This document shows positions 1-8,388 of a stretch of DNA of 26,237 nt, piece after piece. The stretch is from contig JBBQHV010000001.1 in the NCBI GenBank assembly GCA_038324295.1, positions 1-26,237 on the forward strand, read 5' to 3'. This stretch comes from Chthoniobacterales bacterium (GTDB lineage Bacteria > Verrucomicrobiota > Verrucomicrobiia > Chthoniobacterales > UBA10450). The notes beneath the pieces were generated by a model. The model did no database searches. It was not told where the DNA came from and saw nothing but the letters and a program-made list of their open reading frames with translations. The position numbers were made by a program, and so were the translations under genes. Each line of letters opens with the position of its first letter. Within the stretch, counting starts at the first letter, position 1.

Positions 1-663
1 TTTCCCGCCTAACGAACCCGTGACAATCGGAAATTTGACGTAAACCGCCGGGTCTTCCCGGTCCTGGTATTCCACCTCCGCCTCGGCGAGGGCGGTCTGC
101 GCGCCGGTGCTCCAGAAGACCGGTTTGAGCGATTCGTAAACGAGCCCGCGTTCAACGAAAACGGCAAAGGCGCGCAGGATTTCCGCCTCGTAGGCCGGGT
201 TCATCGTCAGGTAAGGATGTTCCCAATCCCCGAAGACGCCGAGACGCTTGAATTGCTCGCGCTGAATATCGATGAATTTTCGCGCGAACGCTTCCGAGCG
301 CTGGCGGACTTCGAGCGGCGAAAGCCCGCGTGTTTCCCTGACGACCTTGTATTCGATCGGCAGGCCGTGGCAGTCCCAGCCCGGCACATAGGGCGCGCGG
401 AAACCAGCCATGGTTTTCGATTTCACGACCAGGTCTTTGAGGATTTTGTTGAGCGCGGTGCCCATGTGGACGTCGCCGTTGGCAAAGGGCGGGCCGTCGT
501 GCAGAACGAATAATTCCGCGTCGGCGCGGGCGCGCTGGATTTGTTCGTAAAGGCCGGCTGCCTGCCAGGATTTGAGCATTTCCGGCTCGCGCGCGGCGAG
601 GCCGGCCTTCATCGGAAAATCCGTTTTCGGCAGGTTGAGGGTGTCCTTGTAATTCCGGCTCAT
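1..663 (-). CDS. ileS: Isoleucine--tRNA ligase, 5' part (runs off the window start)
   Basis: Manual translation from ATG at 663: [22 protein letters not shown]...[26 protein letters not shown]...[11 protein letters not shown]...[10 protein letters not shown]. These are class Ia IleRS motifs, including the HIGH-equivalent and GWDCHGLP. The frame is open to position 1 and is absent from the ORF track. Confidence 0.96.
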   Translation of the reverse strand, partial: MSRNYKDTLNLPKTDFPMKAGLAAREPEMLKSWQAAGLYEQIQRARADAELFVLHDGPPFANGDVHMGTALNKILKDLVVKSKTMAGFRAPYVPGWDCHGLPIEYKVVRETRGLSPLEVRQRSEAFARKFIDIQREQFKRLGVFGDWEHPYLTMNPAYEAEILRAFAVFVERGLVYESLKPVFWSTGAQTALAEAEVEYQDREDPAVYVKFPIVTGSLGGK

Positions 664-768
664 TCGCGAGCGGCGACGCTAACATTCGCGCCCTACTGGC
701 GCAACGCGCCGGCCCGGGCGGCAGTTGCGCAAGGAGCGGAACTCGCGATAGAGTCGCGCCACTTTCGC

Positions 769-1431
769 ATGAAACGCTACCTTCCGTTTCTCATCATTCT
801 GGTCGTGGCGTTGCTCGCCGCGGGCGGGGGAACGTGGCTCTACCGGGCGAAGATGCGGGCCCAGCCGCCTATCGTAAGAGCTGTCCCCACTCCGGGCGAA
901 GAAGCGAATTCGCTCCATGCCGAGGGGCCGGCGGATGCGCCGGTGATCCTGGAGATTTATGGGGATTTTCAATGCCCGCCTTGCGCGACGGCGACGATGG
1001 TCGTGGCCGAACTGCAAAAGGAGTACGGGAAACAGCTCCGTGTGATCTTTCACGAATTTCCACTGGCCATGCATGCCCATGCCCTGGAAGCGGCGATGAC
1101 AGCGGAGGCGGCGGGATTGCAAGGGCATTTCTGGCCGATGCACGACATGCTTTACAAATATCAGGAGGTCTGGAGCAAGGCCTCGGACCCGGCGCATTTC
1201 TTCAAGGCGTATGCCGCCTCGATGGGCTTGGATGCCGAGCGCTTCGCGAGGGATATGCAGTCGCCGGACCTGAGGGACCGGATCAAGGAAGACGGCGAGA
1301 CCGGGGCGGCGCGCGGGGTGCGGAATACGCCGACAATTTTCGTGAACGGCAGCGAGTTTCGCGGAATTTTCCTGAAGGAAAACCTGCAGGCCGCGATCGA
1401 CGCGGCGCTCGCGGCGAAAAAGAATGCCTAA
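769..1431 (+). CDS. DsbA-family (thioredoxin-fold) thiol-disulfide oxidoreductase with an N-terminal membrane anchor
   Basis: ATG at 769 gives MKRYLPFLIILVVALLAAGGG (hydrophobic anchor), then YGDFQCPPC (CXXC), FPLAMH and GVRNTPTIFVNG (cis-Pro loop). The longer ORF start at 541 overlaps ileS and is unlikely. Confidence 0.9.
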   Translation: MKRYLPFLIILVVALLAAGGGTWLYRAKMRAQPPIVRAVPTPGEEANSLHAEGPADAPVILEIYGDFQCPPCATATMVVAELQKEYGKQLRVIFHEFPLAMHAHALEAAMTAEAAGLQGHFWPMHDMLYKYQEVWSKASDPAHFFKAYAASMGLDAERFARDMQSPDLRDRIKEDGETGAARGVRNTPTIFVNGSEFRGIFLKENLQAAIDAALAAKKNA

Positions 1432-1433
1432 CG

Positions 1434-1898
1434 ATGCCCGATGCTTCCAAAAAATCCGCGAAAGGTAAGAAGGCTGGCCCCGGCCGCGGGGCCGTGATTG
1501 CGGCCATCCTGATGGCGCTGATCGCTCTCGGTGGATTGGCGGATGCGACTTACCTCACGGTGGCGCACCTGGCGGGCGACGATGCGGTTTGCGGGTCGTC
1601 GAGCGGCTGTTCGAAGGTGCTCGGGAGCGTTTATGCCTCGGTCGGCGGAGTCCCGACGGCCGCTTTCGGAGTGTTGGCTTACTTTGTCGTCTTCAGCGCG
1701 GCGATTTGCCTGGCTTTCGGGTATGGCCGCGCCCGCACGGTGCTGGTTGTCTCGGTTGCCGGGATGTTTCTGGCGACCCTCGGGTTCCTCGGGCTGCAGG
1801 CGTTTGTCCTTCACGCCTTCTGTCCGTTTTGCCTCCTTTCCGCCGCATTCAGTTTCCTGCTCGCGGGCATCGTCGTGGCGACCTGGCCGGCTCGTTAG
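1434..1898 (+). CDS. Vitamin K epoxide reductase (VKOR) family membrane protein
   Basis: ATG 2 nt after the DsbA stop. It has four hydrophobic segments, the loop Cys pair CGSSSGCSKVLGSVYA (CxxVLxSxY) and the FCPFC CXXC motif in the last helix. Confidence 0.9.
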   Translation: MPDASKKSAKGKKAGPGRGAVIAAILMALIALGGLADATYLTVAHLAGDDAVCGSSSGCSKVLGSVYASVGGVPTAAFGVLAYFVVFSAAICLAFGYGRARTVLVVSVAGMFLATLGFLGLQAFVLHAFCPFCLLSAAFSFLLAGIVVATWPAR

Positions 1899-1938
1899 GC
1901 TGGCTTGGTCTCGAGGGCCAAAGGGGGGCATAAACGCG

Positions 1939-1958
1939 AAGGGCGCGCCGCCCTTTCC
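1939..1958 (+). terminator. Possible weak intrinsic terminator after the VKOR gene
   Basis: Hairpin aagggcg-cgc-cgccctt, followed by only a short pyrimidine tail. Confidence 0.3.
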
Positions 1959-2089
1959 GTGCCTAACCAGCGGGACCATGACGAATTTATAAGGAACAAA
2001 ACTGCAGACTCCGTCTTTACGCATTTGATAAACTCCATAACAAGTAAAGACCCTCCCAGGACCACATCACACATACAAACAACAAATAA

Positions 2090-4237
2090 ATGAAAGAAAT
2101 GTCTGCTTCACGAAGCGCGCCGCTCTGCGAGCGCTCCTCATTCGTTCTCACTGCTCTCGGCGCCTCCCTTGCGCTCCTGACTTTGAGTATTTTAGCAAGT
2201 CCCTCTGCCCTGGCTGCGGCATCGCAAAAAGCCACAATCGTCCACTCCTATCATAATGATGTCTCGCCACCCCTGCGCGATCAGGAGCCATGGCCCTTGC
2301 AGGTCCGCCAGGAGCGCGAGGCGGCCGAGAATCCGCCGATCATCGTCGCGCATACCGACAAAAAAGACCCGGTCGTGCAATCGAGCGCGCTCCTGCACGA
2401 GCTCGCTCCGAACATTCCGGCGCCTATTTTAAATTTTGCCGGCATCCCTTACCCCGGCGTGGGCTGCTTCTGCCTTCCGCCCGATACGAATGGCGAAGTC
2501 GGCGCGACCCAATACGTCCAGATGGTGAACGAAGCCTATCAGGTGTTCGACAAGGCTACGGGAGGTTCTCTTCTTGGACCGAACAGCATCGAGTCGATCT
2601 GGGCCGGCTTCGGCGGCGCTTGTCAGACTGGAGGCTTTGGCGATCCGGTCGTGCTTTATGACCAAATCGCGAATCGCTGGGTCATCACCCAATTCGCGAG
2701 CGCGACGGGGAGCACGCCGATCACTGATGAATGCGTCGCGGTCTCGACGACGAGCGATGCGACCGGGACGTGGAACCGTTATGGATTTCACCTCGGCTCG
2801 AATTTCTTCGATTACCCGCATCTCGGGGTCTGGCCCGATGCCTATTACATGAGCATGAACGTGTTCAATTCCAGCGGCACGGCCTATCTGGGTGTGCAGC
2901 CGTTTGCGTTTGATCGGGCGAAAATGCTCGCCGGGCAACCTGCGACATTTGTCACGACGGGCATCGTCTCGGGCGGAGGAGCAAACCCGCCGATGTTGTC
3001 GGCCGATCTCGATGGTTCGACCCTGCCACCAGCGGGAGCGCCGAATAGCTTCGTCATGTTCCCGGCAAGTGGCACTTATAAGGTGTATCACTTTTCAGTC
3101 GGCACTCCGTTTGGAACTTCGCCGAGCTTCACGCTCTTTGCCTCGCCCGCGGCCGCTGGATTTACCCAGCTGTGCCCGGGTAACCGCAGCTGCGTGCCTC
3201 AGTCTGGCACCAGTACCCGGATCGACGGCATTGGGGATCGCCTGATGTACCGGCTCGCTTATCGCAATTTCGGCGATCATGAGTCGGTCGTGGGCAATTT
3301 CACGGTGGGCGTGAGCGGTGTGGCTGGCATCCGCTGGTTTGAGTTGCGCGATGTGACCGCAGGACCGGTGACCAAGTTCCAGGAGGGAACTTATTCTCCC
3401 GATAGCACCTACCGCTGGATGGGGAGTGTCGCCATGGATAACCAGGGGAATATGGCTCTGGGCTACAGCGCTTCGAGCTCGAGCATCTTCCCGCAGATTC
3501 GTTACACGGGCAGGCTGGCGAGCGATCCGCTCAACACCCTGCCGCAGGGAGAAGGCCATCTTTTCGATGGAACGGGAGCACAAACGAGTAGCTCTTCTCG
3601 TTGGGGCGACTACAGCGATCTGACGGTCGATCCGGTCGATGACCAGACCTTCTGGTACACGCAAGAGTACTATGACACGACCACCTCGGTGGCCTGGCGC
3701 ACCCGGATCGGCAGTTTCAAGCTGGCGACGGGCGGCGGCGGGGTTAATTTGGTCAGCGCTGCTTCGGAGCTGACCCACGGTTCTGCCGGAACCTTCGACA
3801 TCGACATGCCGTTGAGCGGGCAATCGGGAGTGGAGAATCGCGTCGCCACCACCTACAAAGCCGTCTTCACCTTTGACGCGGCGGTCACCTCGGGTCAGGC
3901 GCAGATCGTTAGTGGCACCGCCACGGCGGGAGCCCCGACCTTCAGTGGGAACACGATGTCGGTCCCGCTGAGCGGGGTTGCGAACCAGCAGATCGTGACG
4001 ATCCGAGTGAAGAACATCAACGGCGGCGGCGGACAAACGGACGTTCCGTTCGGCTTCCTCATCGCGGACGTGACGGGCAACCGGACGGTTGATAAGCCTG
4101 ACCTCAACTCGATCAAGGCCAACGCGAACGATCCGATCAACAGCGGCAACTTCCGCAACGACATCGATACGAATGGATCGATCGCCAGGCCGGATGCGAA
4201 TCAAGTGAAAGCCCACAAGGGCCAGTCACTTCCGTAA
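2090..4237 (+). CDS. Secreted protein P1 (715 aa): uncharacterised beta-rich N-terminal domain, conserved pre-dockerin module and C-terminal dockerin-like domain
   Basis: Signal peptide, then motifs PPDTNGEVG...YVQMVN, GDPVVLYD, FFDYPHLGVW and RWGDYS. The C-terminus has DVTGNRTVDKPD...DIDTNGSIARPD, a duplicated Ca-binding loop-helix. An alternative start is ATG 2099. Confidence 0.85.
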   Translation: MKEMSASRSAPLCERSSFVLTALGASLALLTLSILASPSALAAASQKATIVHSYHNDVSPPLRDQEPWPLQVRQEREAAENPPIIVAHTDKKDPVVQSSALLHELAPNIPAPILNFAGIPYPGVGCFCLPPDTNGEVGATQYVQMVNEAYQVFDKATGGSLLGPNSIESIWAGFGGACQTGGFGDPVVLYDQIANRWVITQFASATGSTPITDECVAVSTTSDATGTWNRYGFHLGSNFFDYPHLGVWPDAYYMSMNVFNSSGTAYLGVQPFAFDRAKMLAGQPATFVTTGIVSGGGANPPMLSADLDGSTLPPAGAPNSFVMFPASGTYKVYHFSVGTPFGTSPSFTLFASPAAAGFTQLCPGNRSCVPQSGTSTRIDGIGDRLMYRLAYRNFGDHESVVGNFTVGVSGVAGIRWFELRDVTAGPVTKFQEGTYSPDSTYRWMGSVAMDNQGNMALGYSASSSSIFPQIRYTGRLASDPLNTLPQGEGHLFDGTGAQTSSSSRWGDYSDLTVDPVDDQTFWYTQEYYDTTTSVAWRTRIGSFKLATGGGGVNLVSAASELTHGSAGTFDIDMPLSGQSGVENRVATTYKAVFTFDAAVTSGQAQIVSGTATAGAPTFSGNTMSVPLSGVANQQIVTIRVKNINGGGGQTDVPFGFLIADVTGNRTVDKPDLNSIKANANDPINSGNFRNDIDTNGSIARPDANQVKAHKGQSLP

Positions 4238-4253
4238 TTAAGCAAAAATCATC

Positions 4254-4286
4254 CTTCCGAAGGTCGTCCTATCCGACCTTCGGAAG
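4254..4286. repeat. Perfect 13-bp stem-loop downstream of P1
   Basis: cttccgaaggtcg (4254-4266), a 7-nt loop, then cgaccttcggaag (4274-4286). Confidence 0.85.
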
Positions 4287-4292
4287 ATTGCG

Positions 4293-4326
4293 AACGGCGC
4301 TCTCTTCGGGGCGCCGTTTTGCTTTT
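4293..4326 (+). terminator. Rho-independent terminator
   Basis: aacggcgc...cTTCGg...gcgccgtt GC-rich stem with a cUUCGg tetraloop, followed by ttttgctttt. Confidence 0.75.
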
Positions 4327-4585
4327 CTCACGAATGCCCAGTCACACTGGGGGCACGCATCCGCTGATGGCATTCCTCACCACCAGAACCGGCAGCAATC
4401 GCTGACCTCCCGGAAAATTACTTTCTGGCAATGTTTACGCGATTTCGACAAAATAGACTTGCCAAAAGCTGCGGTTACCAAATAAAACGAAAAACTTCCG
4501 TTCCAAAAAAAAGACGTCCCTTTGTTCGCTGGTCGGCGATCCAAGGGTGCTCGGAAAATCCGGATCAGGAATTAACCATAAAACT

Positions 4586-7500
4586 ATGAAAAAAACGTCC
4601 CATAAGAAATCCGGCTTCCTTAGTTTCCGCCTTCTTAGCGCCTGCTTTCTTTGTTTGTGCGGCCTTCTGCTTTGCGCGCTGAGCGTGACGGCGGCGAAAA
4701 AGAAGCACCGGCGGCCGAATGCGCCGACCCCCGCGACGGGCACGGTTTCTCTCGGCAATCCCAGCCTCAGCTACGGCGATGGACCTTTCGTGATCGCAAA
4801 CGTGACGGCCCAGGCGGGCGACCCGGTCTGCACGGTGCCGATGTCCTGCAGCGATTTTGGTCTGACTGTGGATATGTCCGGCGGACCCGATCCGGACCCG
4901 ACTAAACAGGTGCGGGTGACGGTCAGTTGGCCGCTCAGTACTGCGGATTTTGACGTCTATGCTTACGCAAATTTTCCCGCGACAGGTTCGCCCATCAATA
5001 CTTCGGCTTCCTCGGCGGATCCGGAAGTGATTATTCTTCCCGCCGCCTCGGCCATTTACACTATCCGCACCATTCCATTTGCGCCGGCCGGACAGTCCTA
5101 CACAGCCACGGTCGCTCTGGAAAATGTCACCCCGGCGCCTCCGCCCGGCACTGCTCCTCCGCCCCGCTATCTCAATTATCCAGCTCCCGCCTCGGCCACC
5201 GGAGCTGACTCCGCGGGTGAACCTTCCGTCGGCGTCGATTGGAATCCCAATGTCCCCTCGCTCAAAAACGGACCGAACCCGCCCACCCCGGGAACTCCAC
5301 CGATGAACAACATCAATCTGAATACCGGTGGCGTGGCTTTCTTTACCGCGAACTTAAACGAGTTTCGGGTCGACTTTGACGATTGCGCGTCGCCCGCGAA
5401 GGACGCCTGGGTCGATGTCACTTTCGACACCCAAGGCGTGACCACGCTTGATCCGATTGGCTTTGTCGATCACCAGCTCCCCATCACCACGGGGACGGAA
5501 TCGGGCACGGGCCTGGGGCGAGTCTTCCAGGATCAACTCGCCGGCGCGACCAGTTTGCTCGCCTTTTCGGACGACGACGGGGGCAGTTGGACGCAATCAC
5601 AGGGATCTGGCCAACCGGCTGGCGTCGATCACCAAACGGTCGGCGGCGGGTCCTATGCCCCAACTGACCCGAACCAAGTACCGCCGGTCATCGAACCGCC
5701 TCACACTTATCCGCATCAGATTTACTACGCCTCCCAGGATATCGGCACGGCTTTTGCCGCGCGGAGTGACGATGGCGGCCTGACCTTTGGTCCGGGCGTG
5801 CCGGCATGGAACATCGCAGAGTGCGGCGGCTTGCACGGCCACGTCAAAGTGGGGCCTGACGGCACCGTTTATATTCCCAACAAGAGCTGCAACGGGGGAG
5901 CGAGTGTCGCTGTCTCGCGCGACAACGGCGTGAATTGGACGGTGAAAACGATCCACGAAGGCGCCTACACGGCGGGGTCCGGCGACACCGACCCGTCCGT
6001 CGGCATCGGATCGGATAATACCCTCTATGTTGGTTATCAGAATAGCGACGGTCATCCCCACATCGCTGTTTCGCAGGATCACGGCGATACCTGGCACGAC
6101 GTTGATGTCAGCCAGGGTGTCATCGGTAACGCCGTTTTCCCGCAAGTGATTGCGGGCGATGGCGACCGCGCCGCCTTCGGCTTCCTCGGCACTTCCACCC
6201 CGGGCGGTTATCAGGGCACCAATACCTTCACCGGTGTCTGGTATTTCTATATCGCCACGACCTTTGATCGCGGGCTGACTTACACCCTGGTCGAAGCAAC
6301 CAATGGCGACCCCGTCCAGGTCGGTTCAATCTGCACCGGCGGCACGACCTGCGGCGGCGATCGAAACTTGCTCGACTTTAACGACATTCAGCTCGATGCC
6401 GAAGGCCGCGTCGTGGCCGGCTTCGCCGATGGTTGCATCGGCCCGACCTGCAGCGCGAGCACGGCCGGAGCGCATGCCCCGCCCTACAACGAATCGCGCA
6501 GCGCGCTCGCCACTTTCATCCGCCAATCCGGTGGCCCGCGCCTCCTCAGCGCCTACGACGCGCAGGCCAGCTGCTCCGGGAGCGGTGGCTCGATCACCTG
6601 CACGCCCATCGAGCCGGGTGCGCCGCGGGTTGATTCGGTGGTGCGCAACGGCGTCCTCGTGCACCTCGATTGGTCAACCCCCGATAACGGGGGCGCGCCA
6701 CTTACCGGCTATAAGATTTACCGCAAGACTGGCGTCGGCGGTACCTACGCCCTCATTGCCACGGTCGCGACCGGTTGCCCAGCTTGTAAGACAGATTACG
6801 ACGACGCGACTGCGACCGATTTGAATGCAGACTATATCTACAAAGTCAGCGCTACCAATAGCGTCGGAGAAAGCGCCACCTGCATGGAATTTCCAGTCGG
6901 CGTGGCCGGGCCTCAGGAAAGCGCGTGCTCTCTCCCAGGCATAACTATTCTAACCGACGCGACGGGAGACGCGACCGACATGCTGCCGGGGCACGACGTG
7001 CAAAGCCTGCAGGTCGCGGAGCCGTTTTCCTTCGCAGCGAACAAGGTGGTCTTCACATTAAAAATGGCAGATCTCACCACGCTTCCGCCGGATACGGAAT
7101 GGCCCATCACATTTAACGGTGCAGACAGCATTAATTACACCGTGCGAATGACCAACTCTCCGGTCGATGGCTATGTCACCGGGCCCCCCCTCTTCCAAGT
7201 GGGACCGACCGTCGGGACGAAGGTGCCGGCTGACGCGGCAAGTAACTACAGCACTGATGGAACCATCACGATCGTGGTGCCCAGAAGCGCGATCGGCAAT
7301 CCGGCCGTCGGTCAACAGATCACCGGTTTCCTTGTCAGAATCGCGGCGAATCTGGTCGGAGTCACGATTACCCCCGATAACATGCCCGACAGCCTCGCGC
7401 CCTCCGGCAGCTACACGATTGTCGGCAACGCTTCTTGTGCACCAAACGCGCTGCCCGTCGCGGTTCTTGTCGGCACCGCTGATGGTGGGAACACCATGGG

Positions 7501-8302
7501 GCGCATCCTGGGTGATCCGCCGCTGCTGGTCCATTTCAATGCTTCCGGCTCAAACGATCCGGATGGCACGGTTGTGACCTATCATTACGACTTCGGTGAT
7601 GGCACGACTCTGGATAGCGGCAGCTCGATGGTCGACCATGTCTATACCAGGAACGGGACCTTTGCCGCCCGCCTTACCGTGACCGATAACGGTGGCGCCC
7701 TCAGCAGCAACACCGCCCAGGAAGAAGTGGAAGTGGAGCTACCGCTCGACGACACCGTCTCGCGCAAGGTTCATGGTGGCGCTGGCGCCTTCGATATCGA
7801 CCTCATGCCTGATGGTAACGGCGTTTACAACGTCGAATGTCGCAGAGAAGGCAGTGGCTACGTCATCCTCTACATGTTTGGCACGGAGTATACCGTGATG
7901 GGCAATGCCAGCAGTGTGACCGTCTCCAATGGCGGGACAGTCGCCAGCGATGGGCCGACCAGTAACCCGAATGAATATCAAGTGACAATCACCGGTGTGA
8001 CCAATGCCATCTCGCACATCATTACCGTGAGTGGTCTCCCGGTGAACAACGCCAATAAACCGGCTGTCAATGGCGGCAACGCCACCCTTAATAACGCGGG
8101 GGCTCGGCTGGATCTGCTCCAGGGCGATACCACTAACGATCGGATGGTGAACTCGGCCGATGCCAGCCAGACGAAAGCGCGCTCCGGCCAGACACTCAGC
8201 AGCGTTAGCGGCAACTTCCGCAACGACGTGACCGTCGATGGCCTCATCAATAGCGCCGACGCCAGCCTGGTCAAATCGAAGTCCGGCACCTCGCTGCCTT
8301 AA
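4586..8302 (+). CDS. Large secreted protein P2: N-terminal beta domain, Asp-box (BNR/sialidase-like) propeller, FN3, DxxGD-containing domain, PKD, pre-dockerin module, dockerin
   Basis: Start ATG 4586 (MKKTSHKKSGFLSFRLL...). Asp boxes SDDDGGSW, SDDGGLTF, SRDNGVNW, SQDHGDTW and TFDRGLTY. FN3 LDWSTPDNGGAPLTGYKIYR. PKD FNASGSNDPDG...YDFGDG...HVYTRNG...LTVTDNGG. Dockerin GDTTNDRMVNSAD...DVTVDGLINSAD. Confidence 0.88.
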   Translation: MKKTSHKKSGFLSFRLLSACFLCLCGLLLCALSVTAAKKKHRRPNAPTPATGTVSLGNPSLSYGDGPFVIANVTAQAGDPVCTVPMSCSDFGLTVDMSGGPDPDPTKQVRVTVSWPLSTADFDVYAYANFPATGSPINTSASSADPEVIILPAASAIYTIRTIPFAPAGQSYTATVALENVTPAPPPGTAPPPRYLNYPAPASATGADSAGEPSVGVDWNPNVPSLKNGPNPPTPGTPPMNNINLNTGGVAFFTANLNEFRVDFDDCASPAKDAWVDVTFDTQGVTTLDPIGFVDHQLPITTGTESGTGLGRVFQDQLAGATSLLAFSDDDGGSWTQSQGSGQPAGVDHQTVGGGSYAPTDPNQVPPVIEPPHTYPHQIYYASQDIGTAFAARSDDGGLTFGPGVPAWNIAECGGLHGHVKVGPDGTVYIPNKSCNGGASVAVSRDNGVNWTVKTIHEGAYTAGSGDTDPSVGIGSDNTLYVGYQNSDGHPHIAVSQDHGDTWHDVDVSQGVIGNAVFPQVIAGDGDRAAFGFLGTSTPGGYQGTNTFTGVWYFYIATTFDRGLTYTLVEATNGDPVQVGSICTGGTTCGGDRNLLDFNDIQLDAEGRVVAGFADGCIGPTCSASTAGAHAPPYNESRSALATFIRQSGGPRLLSAYDAQASCSGSGGSITCTPIEPGAPRVDSVVRNGVLVHLDWSTPDNGGAPLTGYKIYRKTGVGGTYALIATVATGCPACKTDYDDATATDLNADYIYKVSATNSVGESATCMEFPVGVAGPQESACSLPGITILTDATGDATDMLPGHDVQSLQVAEPFSFAANKVVFTLKMADLTTLPPDTEWPITFNGADSINYTVRMTNSPVDGYVTGPPLFQVGPTVGTKVPADAASNYSTDGTITIVVPRSAIGNPAVGQQITGFLVRIAANLVGVTITPDNMPDSLAPSGSYTIVGNASCAPNALPVAVLVGTADGGNTMGRILGDPPLLVHFNASGSNDPDGTVVTYHYDFGDGTTLDSGSSMVDHVYTRNGTFAARLTVTDNGGALSSNTAQEEVEVELPLDDTVSRKVHGGAGAFDIDLMPDGNGVYNVECRREGSGYVILYMFGTEYTVMGNASSVTVSNGGTVASDGPTSNPNEYQVTITGVTNAISHIITVSGLPVNNANKPAVNGGNATLNNAGARLDLLQGDTTNDRMVNSADASQTKARSGQTLSSVSGNFRNDVTVDGLINSADASLVKSKSGTSLP

Positions 8303-8388
8303 AATAATATCCTGCCCGAACGAGAAAAGCGTCATATCCGCCCAGGCAATCAACTACAACCACAACACCCGAAAGTGAATCTGACATC

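Noticed and set aside
152-685. ORF-track entries 152-685(-), 217-513(+) and 207-389(-)
   Set aside because: They are off-frame or antisense shadows of ileS, which occupies another minus-strand frame and has clear motifs.
1895-1980. Possible riboswitch upstream of P1 (ggtctcg/cgggacc pairing, gcctaa...agcggg reminiscent of c-di-GMP-I)
   Set aside because: It lacks the GNRA loop and GGGACGCAAA core and matches no riboswitch consensus I know. An Rfam/Infernal scan would settle it.
2060-2089. A/C-rich, Shine-Dalgarno-less leaders as a cluster-specific feature
   Set aside because: The pattern is inconsistent (P3 has aagg upstream), and SD-poor initiation is likely genome-wide.
4459-4488. Sigma70-like promoter TTGCCA...TAAAAC upstream of P2
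   Set aside because: The -10 match is poor and the spacing ambiguous, so it cannot be supported without TSS data.
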